Shown: positions 25,101 to 37,872, counted from the first letter of the whole stretch. The stretch is DNA of 63,786 nucleotides, filler included, from Choristocarpus tenellus KU-1152 (GCA_964200185.2; 9 parts of 9 records of this genome joined end to end with filler, not necessarily neighbours in it); one strand, 5' to 3'. Program-made: numbers and translations. The notes: a model not told the origin generated them from the letters alone.

Positions 25101-28100
25101 CAACACCACCACCTTGACTTCCTCCCTCCCCAACCCCTGGACCAAGGATGGGCCCACCAGACAGGTCTGCCAGAGCTTCCACCAGGGCATTTGGTTGGGG
25201 TCGCTCAAGCTCCTCAAACAGACCTTCAAGGGTTCGTGGTAGACTTGAGGAGAAATTGTCTGCCAGTCCAAACTCAAGAAACTCACCAAGTGTCCCATTG
25301 CACGCACGCAAACTATTATTATTTCTTGTCGTGGACACTGTTGACCCTACAGCCCCCAAACTCTGGACTTCCTCGGTGAGAGTGCCAGCATCAAGAATAG
25401 TCGATATTGGCTGGAGGTACTCCTCTAGGCGTCTCTGGTGGAGTGCTGGGAGTGGGTCAGAAGGCCAGCCCCATTCCCCCACCCAGCTCCAGATATCATC
25501 CTCCTCTTCCTCCTCTGCATCAGTCCTATCGCTTCGCCCCTTCCCTTTCCCCTTCCCCTTCCTAGTGCTCTTGACCTTGTTCTTTCCCTTCCCTTTTCCT
25601 TTGCCCTTGCCCTTGTCAGGCCTTTCTCCCACCCTATCTGAACCTCCTCCTCCTGATCTCCCCCTCCCTGCACCATGTTCTTTCCACTCTCCTTCCCCCA
25701 CCCCATTGGTTGGGGTTGTCTTCTCCTTGGTGTCAGCCATGGCCGCAACTCCACCAGGCAGGCCCATGGCCATAACTGTGATTTGGCACAACAGCAATGC
25801 CTGCGAACATGGGCAACATGATCCAAAATAACAAGCAAGCAATCAGGAAGGTATTGATGTCAGGAAAGGGGGAAATGCTCTTGAGATACTTAATTTCCAG
25901 GCAAGTTGTACACGCTATCTTGGAAGCATAGACCGGAGTCTATGACACGCATCAGCTGCATTCGAATTGCCAAGCTGCAGCAATCCTTCACAACAAACAG
26001 AAATGCAATTTGGATCAGCAACATGAACTCAGGTACACCACCGCCACATCACAGCATCAAGACTGGGGCAGGCCCCTAGCGCGGCTCGTGACCTCCCCTA
26101 TAGCAAACATAAAAAATAAAAAAACAAGACTTGTCATATGCTGGGAAGCAGGTATGGTTAGAAACACCTCTGAAGCAAGACTCACTCACTCAACATGTAT
26201 TTCATCCAGGGGAAAGCAACTTGGAGATTCTCCTTGATATCATGCCAATCAAGCTTTTGGGTTCTTCTTGCCTAAAACATGAGTTTTCTCACACTTATGC
26301 TGTTCTGATTACCAGCTGTCCCTAAGATCTCGAATGGACTGGCGGAGGACTTTACGCAGTGTGTACAGTGCATGGCGTTCCAGCCAATCTCTTATAAGGT
26401 GAGGGAAGGGTTAGGGTTTGACCTTGTCTTGCACCCTTACCCCCTCAACACTATGTCCAACTCTTGACAAGTAATGCGCGAGCATGCTAGCCTGTGCGAA
26501 GCCGTCAATACTCACAAACACACACCTCTCACCCTTAGTAAATTCCTCCTGCACAACACAATAACCACCTTCCCTTACTCTTGATCTGAAAAATCGTAAA
26601 CATAGAGGAAGATCTGATCGTAAACGAGCACTGCCAGCTCCCCAGTGTTAGCCTCCTCCAAGAGGGATACAAATTCAATGAGTTCGAACCAAAACACCCT
26701 CACATAGACACCATCCTCACATAGACACCATCCTCACATAGACACCATCCTCACACTGGGCGATAAACAAATCAGGCCACAACATGGACCTTGAGCTGAA
26801 AGAGAGAATTTCCTCCACATTATCAGGCTCTACCCCCCCGCCCTTGTACGGTCCATGGTTTGCAGGTTGGGGTGAGGGCAGGCAATGTCTCCCTACTCCC
26901 AACTTCTCTGCATCAATAGTGCTCCTATTATTGTGGCCTATGAAGATCAACGCTGAATACTTCTTTCAATTTTGTCGTGTCTTTAAAATGTTTGTGCTAT
27001 GTAGAGAAATATTGAACAATGTAGTAACCTACTTACCAGGGCAGTAGGCGATAAACAAAAAATATAGGAAACTATAGTACACACAAAGGATATACATTAC
27101 GTCTCAATACACTTTCTTTTCAGTACTACGAACAACAGTAAGTACACCTGAGTATACTACATACATCATATAAACATCTCCGATACAGAACAGCAGAGCA
27201 CAAAGGTCCGTCACTCATAGGTTCTTTAGAATATATACTTTTGTGTGCAATGTGTACTTGGAATGCTGTGGAGTGCTATGGAAAAACAGCAAACCCTGAA
27301 TCCCCCTCCCCCCCCATATCTGCAGCGGAATTACTGCATTCAAAACTAAAAAACAATAATAACAAAAGGATAAATCTTGTACAGCATACATCTTACTTCA
27401 TACTCCGGAGCATTGCACACAGTATCATGATCAAATATCTGATTTTATGAACCGTGAGGACAAGTGTGAAATGGGGTAGGGTTCAAGGGGACCCTGAGAA
27501 ACCGTTCTTCAAACAAGGAGTGCATGAACTGTAGCACAATACATTCAGGGGGCAACACACAACATAAAATTTACAAACTCAACGGTTGCACCTGGGAGCT
27601 TTATGGAATGCCCTGGGGATCAATCAAACAGAAAACAACATTGGGGAGCAAGGGACATACAACGTTTTCGGGTACTAAGAAACCACCAATATGGAGAATG
27701 CACATTATCAATAGCAACTAGCATGTCATGACACCAAAGTAACACATGTCACTACCACCGCACCTGAAGCTGATATTCCCGGACCTTCTGAAGGGTAGGG
27801 CTGGCGACCGCAACCCCTCCAACTTGTACGCTTCTCGGGTGGTTTGTGTCATTGACAGCAGAGGTTCCCCCCTCTCCCTCGATTTTAGCTTGGCCAAGGG
27901 GCCTAGCAGCCCCCCTTTTGGACCTGTGCCTGGCTCCAATCTTGGCGGGGCAGGCAGAAAGGCCTCGGGTAACAGCCTGAAGAACTTGCGCAGTAGCCCA
28001 TGCCACTGCTCGGTTAAGTTCTGCTGCAGTTGTGCCATCCTTACCATTGCTGCTGGAAGTGTCACCTTCCCCATTACCAGTCCAATTTGCCAGCTCTTGC

Positions 28101-31100
28101 ACAGCCTGTTAACAGTTGATAAGCTGAGTGTCAGGGTGAAGTAGGCGGAGGATAAGAAGGGATTTACCAAGACAAGACACAGCTTAATTACAAAGCGGAC
28201 ACACGGCAATGGTAGCAAGGAGCAAGAGATTTTCAGGTCATAAATTCAGGGTCGAGCGCACTCCACAGCTTGATAAAGGGGTCGAGATCCTGTGGAAGTG
28301 ATACCTCAATATCTCAGCTTATTGCAACAACAACAACACACGGAAAAAGAGTCAACAAAAAAGTCCACACCAGGACAACACGAGGAGAGGGCAACAAAGA
28401 CTTTGCCTTTCCAATCACTGCTACCTGCGTAGCAATTTTTTCCTGCATGGCCAACTGCTGTTGAGGTACAGTACGGGCAAGCCATTCGCAGGAGCAGTCT
28501 GAACAAAAAAGTAAGTGAACGTCCTTAGAACAGCACAAGAGACAACACATGTGTTGGCCCCTTTCTTACCTCTGGCACTGACTTCACCACAAAGTCCACA
28601 GGCGAAGCACGCCCCCCTTCTACAACTTGATGGTACTGGTCCTGAAGTCTGGCCACGCCCGCACGCAACAGATCATCAAACGTCAATACAGAGGCTGCAC
28701 CCTTCTCGCCTTCATCATACCCACTGCCAGCACATCTTGCACTCGTTCTTCCAGGTTCTATCTCTACCCCTGCATCTGCCTCTGAGGCAGTCGCTACCCC
28801 TGTTTCAGCTCCTCTCCCCACATCTGTCATTACAGCTAGCGGAGCATCTGTTGATGCCATATCCCCTTCAGCAGTAAAACCGTTCCCAACATCACACTTC
28901 TCAGAGTAAACGCACCTCCTCTTCTGTCTCCTCCTGCTTAGAACTGTGCCTTCAACCCCTTTCAACACTGGCATCCCATTCTCTGCTTTGTATTTCTCCC
29001 ATGCGGAGGACAGACTCAGACCCTTGTTATTCACTCTTGACACTTCAGCAACCCCAGCATTTTTTTCAGACACGATGCCACCAGAGTTGATGGGAACTAC
29101 TACTTGATCATTGACGCGCTTGCATCTTTCTGCCATTGAAACAATGTCTTCATCCAGGTACTGAGAAGCTAGATCAGCAAATGCCTCGTCTATGAGGAAG
29201 GACAAGGGCACCTTGCCAACCCTTGCCAGATTTTCACTGCTCTGTGGGTCACCCTCACTTTTGGTCCTAGCTGCTTCACTAAAGAGGCAAGCTTCCCCAT
29301 TAGCCCGGGCAATAGGTTTCCGAGCATTCTCATCGAGTCCTATTTTTTGCTCATCTCCTCTGCCACAACTGCTGCCGCAAACACCGGAGCTTGCAGACCT
29401 ACCGATTTTGCTTTCCGGCGTGGAGAAGTAAGTTGCATCAGGGCCAAGGAATGATGGGCGAGAGGAAGACTCCTCAAGGACATGATGGGGTGCCTGCTGG
29501 GGATCCTCTCCATTGAATGCATCAGCAAGACGGTAGCTGCACAAACTACTGTAAGAGTGTTGAGATGCTTGGTAGGCCCTGTGACTATCACGATCTCTGT
29601 TATCACACTGATCCCAACCTAAGGGCCCCTGGTCCTCGCAACCTGCCTCCAACTCTTCTACTCTGTCATCAGTGGTAAAGCATGCTGAGGATAAGGAGGC
29701 ACATGCCCAAGCATCTCCATCATCCAAGGATGAGGGGAGTTCCCCCCCTATTGAATTGTCATCAACAGAGAGAGTTGCCTTTCTTATACCATGAATTATA
29801 GGAACTTTCCTTGCCTGGCGACGCCGTTGCCGCTCCATGGCGGCACCTTCAAGGGCTTTCACCACTAAAGATCGTCGTCCATAAAGCACCCGTTCTCCTT
29901 CTAGCCTAGAGACTCGACCACCAAACCTATAGGATAGACTAACATTTCTCTTGTGTTCATCACACCATTCCAAAAGAGGCTTACACAGACCAGGATGTTG
30001 AGCTGAGGTGGTAGCAGTCGGAAGAGAAGACTGCAAAAGAGGACGGAGTTTTACAAGTTGTTGATGCAGGTTAGCTCCTGCATTCCACTCCCCTGAGTGT
30101 GACCCATGCTTGTTTTCACCCTTCTGTCTGCTTGATGCCACCCTCCATGCTACTGCACATTCTTGATGCACAGGCACCACAAAAGCCACTGCTAGAGACC
30201 ATGGTTCATCTATGCCAGTGCCTTCCCCCTTCCCCCAGTCCTCCCTCATGAACAGAGACAAGGGGAGACACATTACTGCAACCAGCCCTTCAGAAAGTAA
30301 GCACTGAAGCAAAGCTGCCCAAGGGCCATCGCCATTCAATGGGCCTTGAGTAGACTGCTCTTCCCTCAATATGACAACGCCCCCAGCCCCCACCCCTGAC
30401 ATCTCACAGTTGAGGGTGTCTCCTACAGGGAGGGTACCCAAAATTCTCCAAGGTGTGCCTTTACTACCCCTACCCTTGACAACCTCAGTCGTAGGTCCTG
30501 CTGAGCAACCAAGCTTAGAGTGGTTAGGTCTGGACCCAGGCTGCTCAGAACTAGTGAAGAGTTTATGTCTATTTCTCCTCGAAAGTGGTGCTGTGGTGAG
30601 GCAAACTTCACCAAGGCTAGAGCTCCCATCGACCTCCACCCCAAGGTTGATAGTTAGGCAACTTCCCCTGCCCTCACTCTCAACTTTTCCCCATGGCCCC
30701 TCCACACAGAACAGAGGTTTTAATACTGTTGATAAAGGGAGAACTCCAGTGCAGCCTACCACTTTGGACCATGCGAGGATACCTGAACCTTGAACACATG
30801 GTGGTGAAGAAAGACAATTCTCCACAGAGTACATTGGCTGAGAGTAATCTTTGTCAAGGTCGTTACACTTGCTGCCTCCCTTTCCACAGGATTTCTCTCC
30901 CTGTCCATTCATCCATACCAAAGATACATGCAGATCACTGGCTCGACTAGTTGGTATTCCCAGACCAGCTTTTAGCAGTGCTGAGCATGCTGTTTTGCGT
31001 GCTTCGCCAGGGGGCTGTGAGAAGAAGAGGGATGGCACATCCAAGAAACTTGTGAGAGGGGTGAGTGCACAGAGAAGTGCAGCAGGTGATAATGGAAGAG

Positions 31101-32464
31101 ATGTCTTAGGTGTGGCAAAGGGAGACAGGGCCAAGACTGGAACATAAAGATGAATGAATCATTCAGGTCAGGTACCCACTAATTTAGTGATGCAGGAGGC
31201 CTCTTGGGAGTAGTTCCCACTCAACACAAACCGCTCCACAGCAAGCTCAGTCAAAGGACAGGGTGAATGCAGAATTAACAGGCGCCGAGGTTGCTGGTGC
31301 AACCCTTCGTCTGTCAGAGGCAAAGCACCACCCTGAAAAAGAGTATACCAAGCAACGGATTGGAGAAGAACACTGTACAGAGTGAGATCGCAAAAGGGAC
31401 AAGTCAGCAGAACTACACAATCTGGAGATACAGTAGGTTACAAATAGTAAACCTTTGCTTTGTCGGGGTCGTCAGCAACATGCATTTTCCTGCGTATCTG
31501 TTGGACAATTCTCTACAAGAAAGACAAAGGACACAGGCGCATTGCCATATACACAGCATCCTAAGAGGTCGAGTCTAATCTTGCAAGATCAACCAGAAAG
31601 AAGTTCCCCCCTTGTTCCCCCTTATGTGTCTGTTGAGGGCATTCGACCATGCACTCTGGCTTATGCTTCACACCATGGGTCCTACCTCGTCCGAGTCGCC
31701 GAACTCATCCATGACCTCCGATAGAGACCGAGTCACCACACTCTGACTGGACATATCATGCCCGTCATAAGTGAGGTGTGGTCGCCCGCTTTGCCTGTTA
31801 TTGCAACTATCACCCCAGGTCGCATTCTTTGACTGCACCCTGGATCCTTCACTCTCCGGCCTTGTGCTGGCCTTCCCTTCCTCCTCCTTGGCCAAAGCCT
31901 GACCACTTAGCTCCGACTCGGTCATCCTAACATCAGCATGGAGCGTTGTTCATCGGCAGGGACACTTCAGAACATTCAAATGATAGGGCCATGGGGTAGA
32001 GTGTGGTTGACAAGTCAACTCCAACTATGAGGAGATACTTACCCTGGAGGGTGCTGTCTTTTCCCTTGTGACCATCGTCTAAGGATAGCAGTCTGATCAC
32101 GAAGGAACGGATCATCTTGCACGGCGCAGATCATTGCCAGGCAATCCTCGCCAAAAACTCGAAAAGATGATTTGTCGAAATGGGCGAACCCCCTCCGTTT
32201 CCTTGGTAACCTTGATCTAAGCCTCGCCCTGAGCTCCAAAGGTGTCTTTCCAATCCCCTCGCTGCGAGAATCGAAAAACCAGTAACACCATTCCACCCGT
32301 GAATCATCGGGACAGGAGAAGTAGTTCTGGATCATAACTCGTAGGATGCTGAGGCGAAGGCCATCTAGAAAGAGAGTTGTCAAAGTGGCGCAATCGTCCC
32401 CTCGTGCGGTCAGCGCTGGACTAATATCGATCAGAAGCAGCACTCGCACGGCGCATATCCCCAT
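22108..32464 (-). CDS. TICRR: Treslin/TICRR/Sld3 DNA replication initiation factor (multi-exon)
   Basis: Exons are approximately 32464(or 32524)-32043, 31926-31686, (31512-31453?), 31332-~31200, 31137-28570, 28105-27764, 25800-25035, 24556-~24400, ~23825-23658 and 23165-22108 (TGA). Treslin N-domain motifs: VLLLID, LRLSILRVM, VEWCYWFFDS, LILHSPCPLTELAVERFV, SLVWMN. Sld3-Treslin domain: KVREYQLQ|ALLLCQI and FLEFGLADNFSSSLPRTLEGLFEEL. C-terminal CDK-type sites: VRETPQK, VAESP, VPDTP. Confidence 0.85.
26090..26900 (+). mobile_element. Degenerate LINE AP-endonuclease fragment inside a Treslin intron (antisense to host)
   Basis: Ordered APE-like motifs: ANIKNKK (~26103), VWLET (~26152), GGGLYA (~26341), LIVNEHCQLP (~26634) and ILTLGD (~26750). 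Confidence 0.4.
26698..26755. repeat. 17-bp perfect tandem repeat, ~3.4 copies
   Basis: (CCTCACATAGACACCAT)x3 followed by CCTCACA. Confidence 0.92.
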
Positions 32465-32524
32465 TGTTGAGATAACCACCTGTTTCTTCTCCCTGAGATT
32501 CGGGGGAGACAGGGTTGGCGCCAT

Positions 32525-32695
32525 GTTGCCATAAACTTTCAGTGTGATAGGACATTTGATAACTTTCAATTTACACACCAACACTGTTCACAAGTATTGG
32601 AAGGCGTCAACAAACTTGTTGAAACCGCAGATAAGGAGGAGATTGGGTGTATCACATCACAACGGTGATAAACAGGTGAACCAAACCGGTCTCTG
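32525..32695. promoter_or_regulatory. Putative bidirectional promoter between Treslin and kinesin
   Basis: The divergent start codons are only ~170-230 bp apart. There is a short inverted repeat TCAACAA-AC-TTGTTGA (32607-32622) and E2F-like words TTGGCGCC (32515) and TTGGCGCGAA (32888). Confidence 0.5.
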
Positions 32696-32794
32696 ATGAG
32701 TGTCAGTATCAAGGTCGCGGTTCGATGCCGACCGTTCACTATTGATGATAATCTCGGCGTAATGTTGACGCAGAATGGGGATGAGGAGGGAGAG
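32696..32794 (+). CDS. Kinesin motor protein, first exon (remainder off contig)
   Basis: MSVSIKVAVRCRPFTIDDNLGVMLTQNGDEEGE followed by a GTGAGA donor. IKVAVRCRP is the canonical start of an N-terminal kinesin motor domain. Confidence 0.85.
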
Positions 32795-33773
32795 GTGAGA
32801 GCATTAGCAGTTGCCTGGGGATATGAGGGTTTTGGGAGTATAGATAGTATCAACCGTATGGTCACAGTCACAATGCAGTCAATAAGATTGGCGCGAACAA
32901 ATCAGTGTCAAAAGGGGGAGGGATGTCGAGTGAAAAGAAGCAAAAGTAGTTGAAATTTTGTGGTCAAATCATCAACTCGGTCAAATCATCGGCTCTCTTG
33001 ATACATGTCATATGGGTCATATCCTCAGATAAAGAAGGTTCAAAGTATCTGGGGGGGGGGAGGGGGTCTACACCAGAGCGTCCATTCGGAACTTGACCAG
33101 GAAAAGTGCCCTTGCNNNNNNNNNNNNNNNNNNNNNNNNNNNNNNNNNNNNNNNNNNNNTTAATTAATTAANNNNNNNNNNNNNNNNNNNNNNNNNNNNN
33201 NNNNNNNNNNNNNNNACATGTACTGCCCTGTCTAGGTTTGGGGATTGGAGGTGATGAAGTTGGGGAGCATTGGCCAAATGTTATCTCCATGTGTGCATGG
33301 TTTTTGTGTCTTCCATATGTGAGTGCTTATGTTAGTATACTGAATGCGCCGTGTTTTTTTCCATTTTCCACTTGCAAACACTATCATATTGACTGGTTGA
33401 ACCCCTTTCCACTTGTTTCTCCCCCCTTACCCAACTTACCTTGCCTCTTCTGTATACAGTATGTATTCACAGTATCCAATTTTAATGCCAGAGCACTATG
33501 ATCATGAGACTGCGATAGTTGCGCTTAATTATATGCCCCAAAAAGTCCAACATCAGCTCTGCAGGTGCATTGTGAAGGGCTTGACCCTATTTTTCATGCT
33601 GCACCCCTGATCAAAGTCTTTTAGCTCATCCTCTATATCCTTTATATCCCTGAAACAAAGCCCCCAGTAACCTTCCTCCCCTCCACTCCAAAGTACCCCC
33701 CTCTCTCATCCAATAAACACACATCAAACCTTGAATTGGTGCAACTGCAACCTTTTCTGGTTTGTTTGGTAAG

Positions 33774-34819
33774 GTGAGAGCAGCATTGGCAAGAGAGGTG
33801 GAGATCTTGCAGCAACAAAACAAGAACCTACAGCTTGCACTTGTAAATATGGAAAGAGATGCAAGAGCTGCAATACAGCGAGCAGAGCAGGTGAGCAGAT
33901 GGATGGGCGAATGGGGTCAGGCCTTAATGATATCCTGGGGTTTTGTCTTGCATCATTTGAAAATTTGGACAATACCAGCAATTTGTCCAAGTGAGCAAAG
34001 GGTGAATGGTGGACTGTATGACCTTGCAATACGCATTTCCTCTGTTGAGCATCACTTTGAACAGTCTGTGGGGCAGAACAGCTAGCTGTTGGAATTGATG
34101 CTGAACGGAGTGAGCAGTGTGATAGGTGTGAAAATGAGCACTTGATGGTGAAAATTTAACCTGTAATAGCATCAACAGGTACCCTCACCATTGTACCGTA
34201 CTAATTAGGTGACCAAAATAGGTGAAGACTCTTAATAGGCTGGTGAGGGTATGGATAGATGGATAGATGTATGATGATGATGAGCATATTGTTTTGTCAC
34301 ATCCTACAAAAAGCATAGAGTGCTTGGTAGACCATTTTTTTTCGTCACCTTCACACACCATGATGAGTCCATCACATCACCAGCTGTACTTGCAAATTGT
34401 TCTTTTGGATGTAAGTTGAACCTCTATACTGTGTGTTTCACCTGTGTGTGCCACCCCCTGCTCCCTCCCCCTGGAGAATGATAGCCCAAGTGAAATAATC
34501 CCCTAACTCTGATTCCACGATCTCAAGACCCTGATATTTCCAAAAGTCATTATCATGGTCCCTCGATGCTTGTCCCACTTGATCCCTCCCCCTCCTGTAT
34601 TGGCCTCCCCATTTCTAACAACTCACCACTGCTGTCATCACCAACCTTCTATTGCTTGGAACGATTTGGCTTTGCAAAATCATAATTACCTCTGGACGGA
34701 TATGCAATCGGACACAGGCAGAGGTGGAGGCGAAGGAGCGCCTTGCTGCAGCTGAGTACAAAAATTTTGCATTGTCTGTGCATTTGGCTCAGTCAAACAG
34801 ACCCTCACATCTTGCCTGA
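33774..34819 (+). CDS. Last two exons of a coiled-coil protein (tail resembles plant CUE-domain coiled-coil proteins)
   Basis: Phase-0 exons 33774-33890 and 34718-34819 (TGA) give VRAALAREVEILQQQNKNLQLALVNMERDARAAIQRAEQ|AEVEAKERLAAAEYKNFALSVHLAQSNRPSHLA*. Confidence 0.6.
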
Positions 34820-35949
34820 GAAGGAAAATAAAGTGAAGGGAAAAAAATATTTTTTTTATTACTTGGTTTTGTTTTAGAAATCAGATGAGGAAGGGAGATT
34901 TTATTTGAGTTGTTGATTTGATGCAACAAGGGAGTGGGTGATTGAGTTGACACAGACTGACTAATGAAATTTTTAATGCTGGGGTAGCAATCTTGAATGT
35001 TGATGGTTACATGTGTGTATGATAGTATCCGTTTTGTTTATGTTGTGTGTGTGTGTTTTGGATCCCTTTTCCTCTGGTTTGTGAACACTTGCTATTAACC
35101 AGTATAAGTAGTCCGTAGCACCTCCTGTGAATGAGTGAAACCGTGCATAGATTGAGGTGTGGGATTGGTAGATAGCTGTAGGTGGAAATGTACCAGTTAT
35201 GTTCTTTCTTATTGCCCCTATCCCCTCTCAAATGTCCCCCCTCCCATCCCCTCTTCTTGTCCTTTATGATACTTAGACTAGGGTTATGAATGAAGCAATA
35301 GGAAGGTATCAACAGTTGTGCTTACTGCTGGTCCTATTGAAGTATGTATCCCCCCTTATCTAGTGCTTATGTTGCATGTGTAGCACTGTATGGGTTTGCC
35401 CCTGGGGTGGAGGTGTATGTGGACGAGGAGTGTGTGTGAACAAGAGCTTGTCATCAAATTTACATTAGCTCGTCCATGTTGCCAACTGTATACCTACCCC
35501 CATTCCATGCACTCCCCACCTCCCATTGCCTTTTAAAATGGTCAGAAAATCCTTTTTGTGTATAGATCTAAAGCACTCACTGCCTGCGGCTTTGCTTTGT
35601 TAGGGTATGTAGGGATAAGGTAGAGCAAATGAGTCAACAATAATGCTTCCACCCACCACTCTACCTGCTTTTTGCTCAAATCACTTTGCCTGGTTTTGTG
35701 TCGAAGGGGGAGGGGGGGGAGATGGGGTGCACACAAATATGAAGTACTTTGTATTTATCCACATGTACTGTGGAAAGGACAGTGCTGCACCAGTGGAGTA
35801 GGCTTTGAGTACTTCCATTTGAAAGGGAAGGAGCAGGCATCCCTGCTGGATTACAGCATTTTCATGAGCCGTGATTCAGGTTGTATTACAGAAAAAAGAT
35901 GTGGTGAGGTAGCATTTTTTCATTGGCGGGTGAAGTGAAGAACTGTTTC

Positions 35950-37100
35950 AGGCATAGTGTTGCACCAAATAGATTTGATGGAAAAATATTTATGTTGATT
36001 GATGGTCTAAGATCGTAACCTGCTTTACCTATTTTTGTTTGTTGTAGAGGTAGTTCACAGATTATTGGTGGGGTGGGCTTTTGTTGTGTTTTTTTCATTA
36101 CCTCGCTTAACTCATGTTCCTGAGAGTATGTCATGAATACTGCTGAACTTGAAGCAAATATTGTCGAGATTTTCTTTCAGGTGGTAGTACTTTTCAAGAA
36201 GCAATGTTTATGTGCAATGAATTGTTGGCTGCCTTTAAAGAAAAGCCACTCTCCCTGGATTTGGTTACAGACTCTACGCAGTTCACTCATGGACGTGCAT
36301 ACACATTCATGACAAGGGAGTTGTGAAATGTCAATCATGCCAACAGGAGGATTCCTTATTTGCTTCCCGGTACCCTCCAAGACCGTTCTGTACAGTTTTT
36401 TTTTTGGTTGACTCCTACAGGTCACTGTGACTTGCTTTATTTAATATGTGGGTTTGTTACTTGCTGCTGCAAGTCTCCCAGAGGTGGATTCCATGTTTCT
36501 TGGTTGGCCTCATAGTGTGTTTGAATTAGAAAAGAAGCCCATTTCAAGTTTGCATCTCAAGATTTTTTCTGGGCACTCCAACTATTATTTTGCCTTTGTA
36601 TGCTTTCTCTTTTCCAATCTCATCCCATATGCAATGCTTTGACGGTTCTCTTTTGTGATTTTCACACAAGGAGCAATAGAGCCGCAAGTCAGCTGTAGCC
36701 CCTACAGATATCGCCTGTCTTGTGATATCGCCTCTGTCTTGTCCCTCCTCTTCCTTGGTCAGACAGGGCTACTGAAGTAGAAAAGAGGGTCTACTTCAAG
36801 TTCTGAAAAATGGCATAGACAGAATCAAGTTGTGAAATAACTTACAGTCAAAGAGCCAGCCACCTGTCATATGAAATGGACTCCTTTCCATTGGTTGCCT
36901 TGATGCACATCGTGCCTTGAATGATGAACGCACACAAAGAAAGACTGTTGCCTCAACAACCCTCAACAAATTGATAAACAAGAACAGCTCTTCCTTGCAA
37001 AAATCCCACCCATATTGTTGTAAGAAATTCAAGGGGTTTCAATTCGGAATGACTTTGTTAGTATACAGCATGTATTATGCTCAGTAATAGCTTCACCCAT
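35950..37100 (-). mobile_element. Degenerate Crypton-like tyrosine recombinase (DUF3504-type) relic
   Basis: Ordered minus-strand motifs: DKTEAISQD (~36740), LKWASFLIQTHY (~36550), ESTKKKTVQNGLGG (~36414-36373, cf. SKTxQGG), TNNL*TTSTT (~36069-36040, cf. TNHSLRAT..T) and then KAGYD. Confidence 0.5.
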
Positions 37101-37872
37101 AGTGAGAGCTAAAATAGGAAAAGAGGATGTACACGTGGGGAGCAGAAGGGCTGTGAGATCTGAGTATCAACAAAAAATACAAAAAAGCTAATTACTTGGC
37201 ATCATGTGAAAAGTGACGGATTCAGCCAGAGCAACCTCGGCAAGCTATGAACGACAATTCAACATTGTTGAACAAAATGTGGGAAAAGGTTAGTTGGCAA
37301 CGAGAGAGGGCTCAGTAGCTCAGTATGAAAACAAGGATGGCCACAAGAATCCCTCCAGGCCCTCTGGGCTAGGGTATTACTGCTGCCAACACAGGGCAAT
37401 ACACCAACACTAATAACAAAATAATTGACCTGGGAGCAGACTCTGTTTCATCTTGTCCTCCTACCACAGTTGATACAAGGACATCTCCACTGCCAAACTA
37501 CCTCCCCTTCATGAGCAGTACGTTTCCCCCTTTCTGGAAAAACTTTTGTGGCATAATCTCGACTAATGCCACACTACCTAAAAATATTCCACCCCCCACT
37601 CACATGCACTGGACACAGACGGCTGATACTGCTGGCTGCTATAACGTGAGCAAATTGCTAGGAAAAACACAAAAAAATACCCTCAGGAAGGAAGAGATGT
37701 TGCCACATGTTGGTTCAACTCACATCCAACGGTAGAGGTATANNNNNNNNNNNNNNNNNNNNNNNNNNNNNNNNNNNNNNNNNNNNTTAATTAATTAANN
37801 NNNNNNNNNNNNNNNNNNNNNNNNNNNNNNNNNNNNNNNNNNGCCGCCACCCCCTCCCAGATACTTTGAGTC

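Noticed and set aside
28306-28498. Extra Treslin exon after the TTCAG acceptor
   Set aside because: Exon 31137-28570 joins 28105 directly in phase 0 (VPE|AVQEL), and this segment gives a phase conflict.
22361-31147. Long + strand ORFs (22361-23134, 25148-25831, 27746-28144, 30371-30793, etc.)
   Set aside because: They are antisense shadows of GC-richer Treslin exons and have no motifs of their own.
32696-34819. Joining the kinesin first exon to the coiled-coil exons as one gene
   Set aside because: They are separated by an artificial linker and the whole motor domain is missing, so there is no evidence of linkage.
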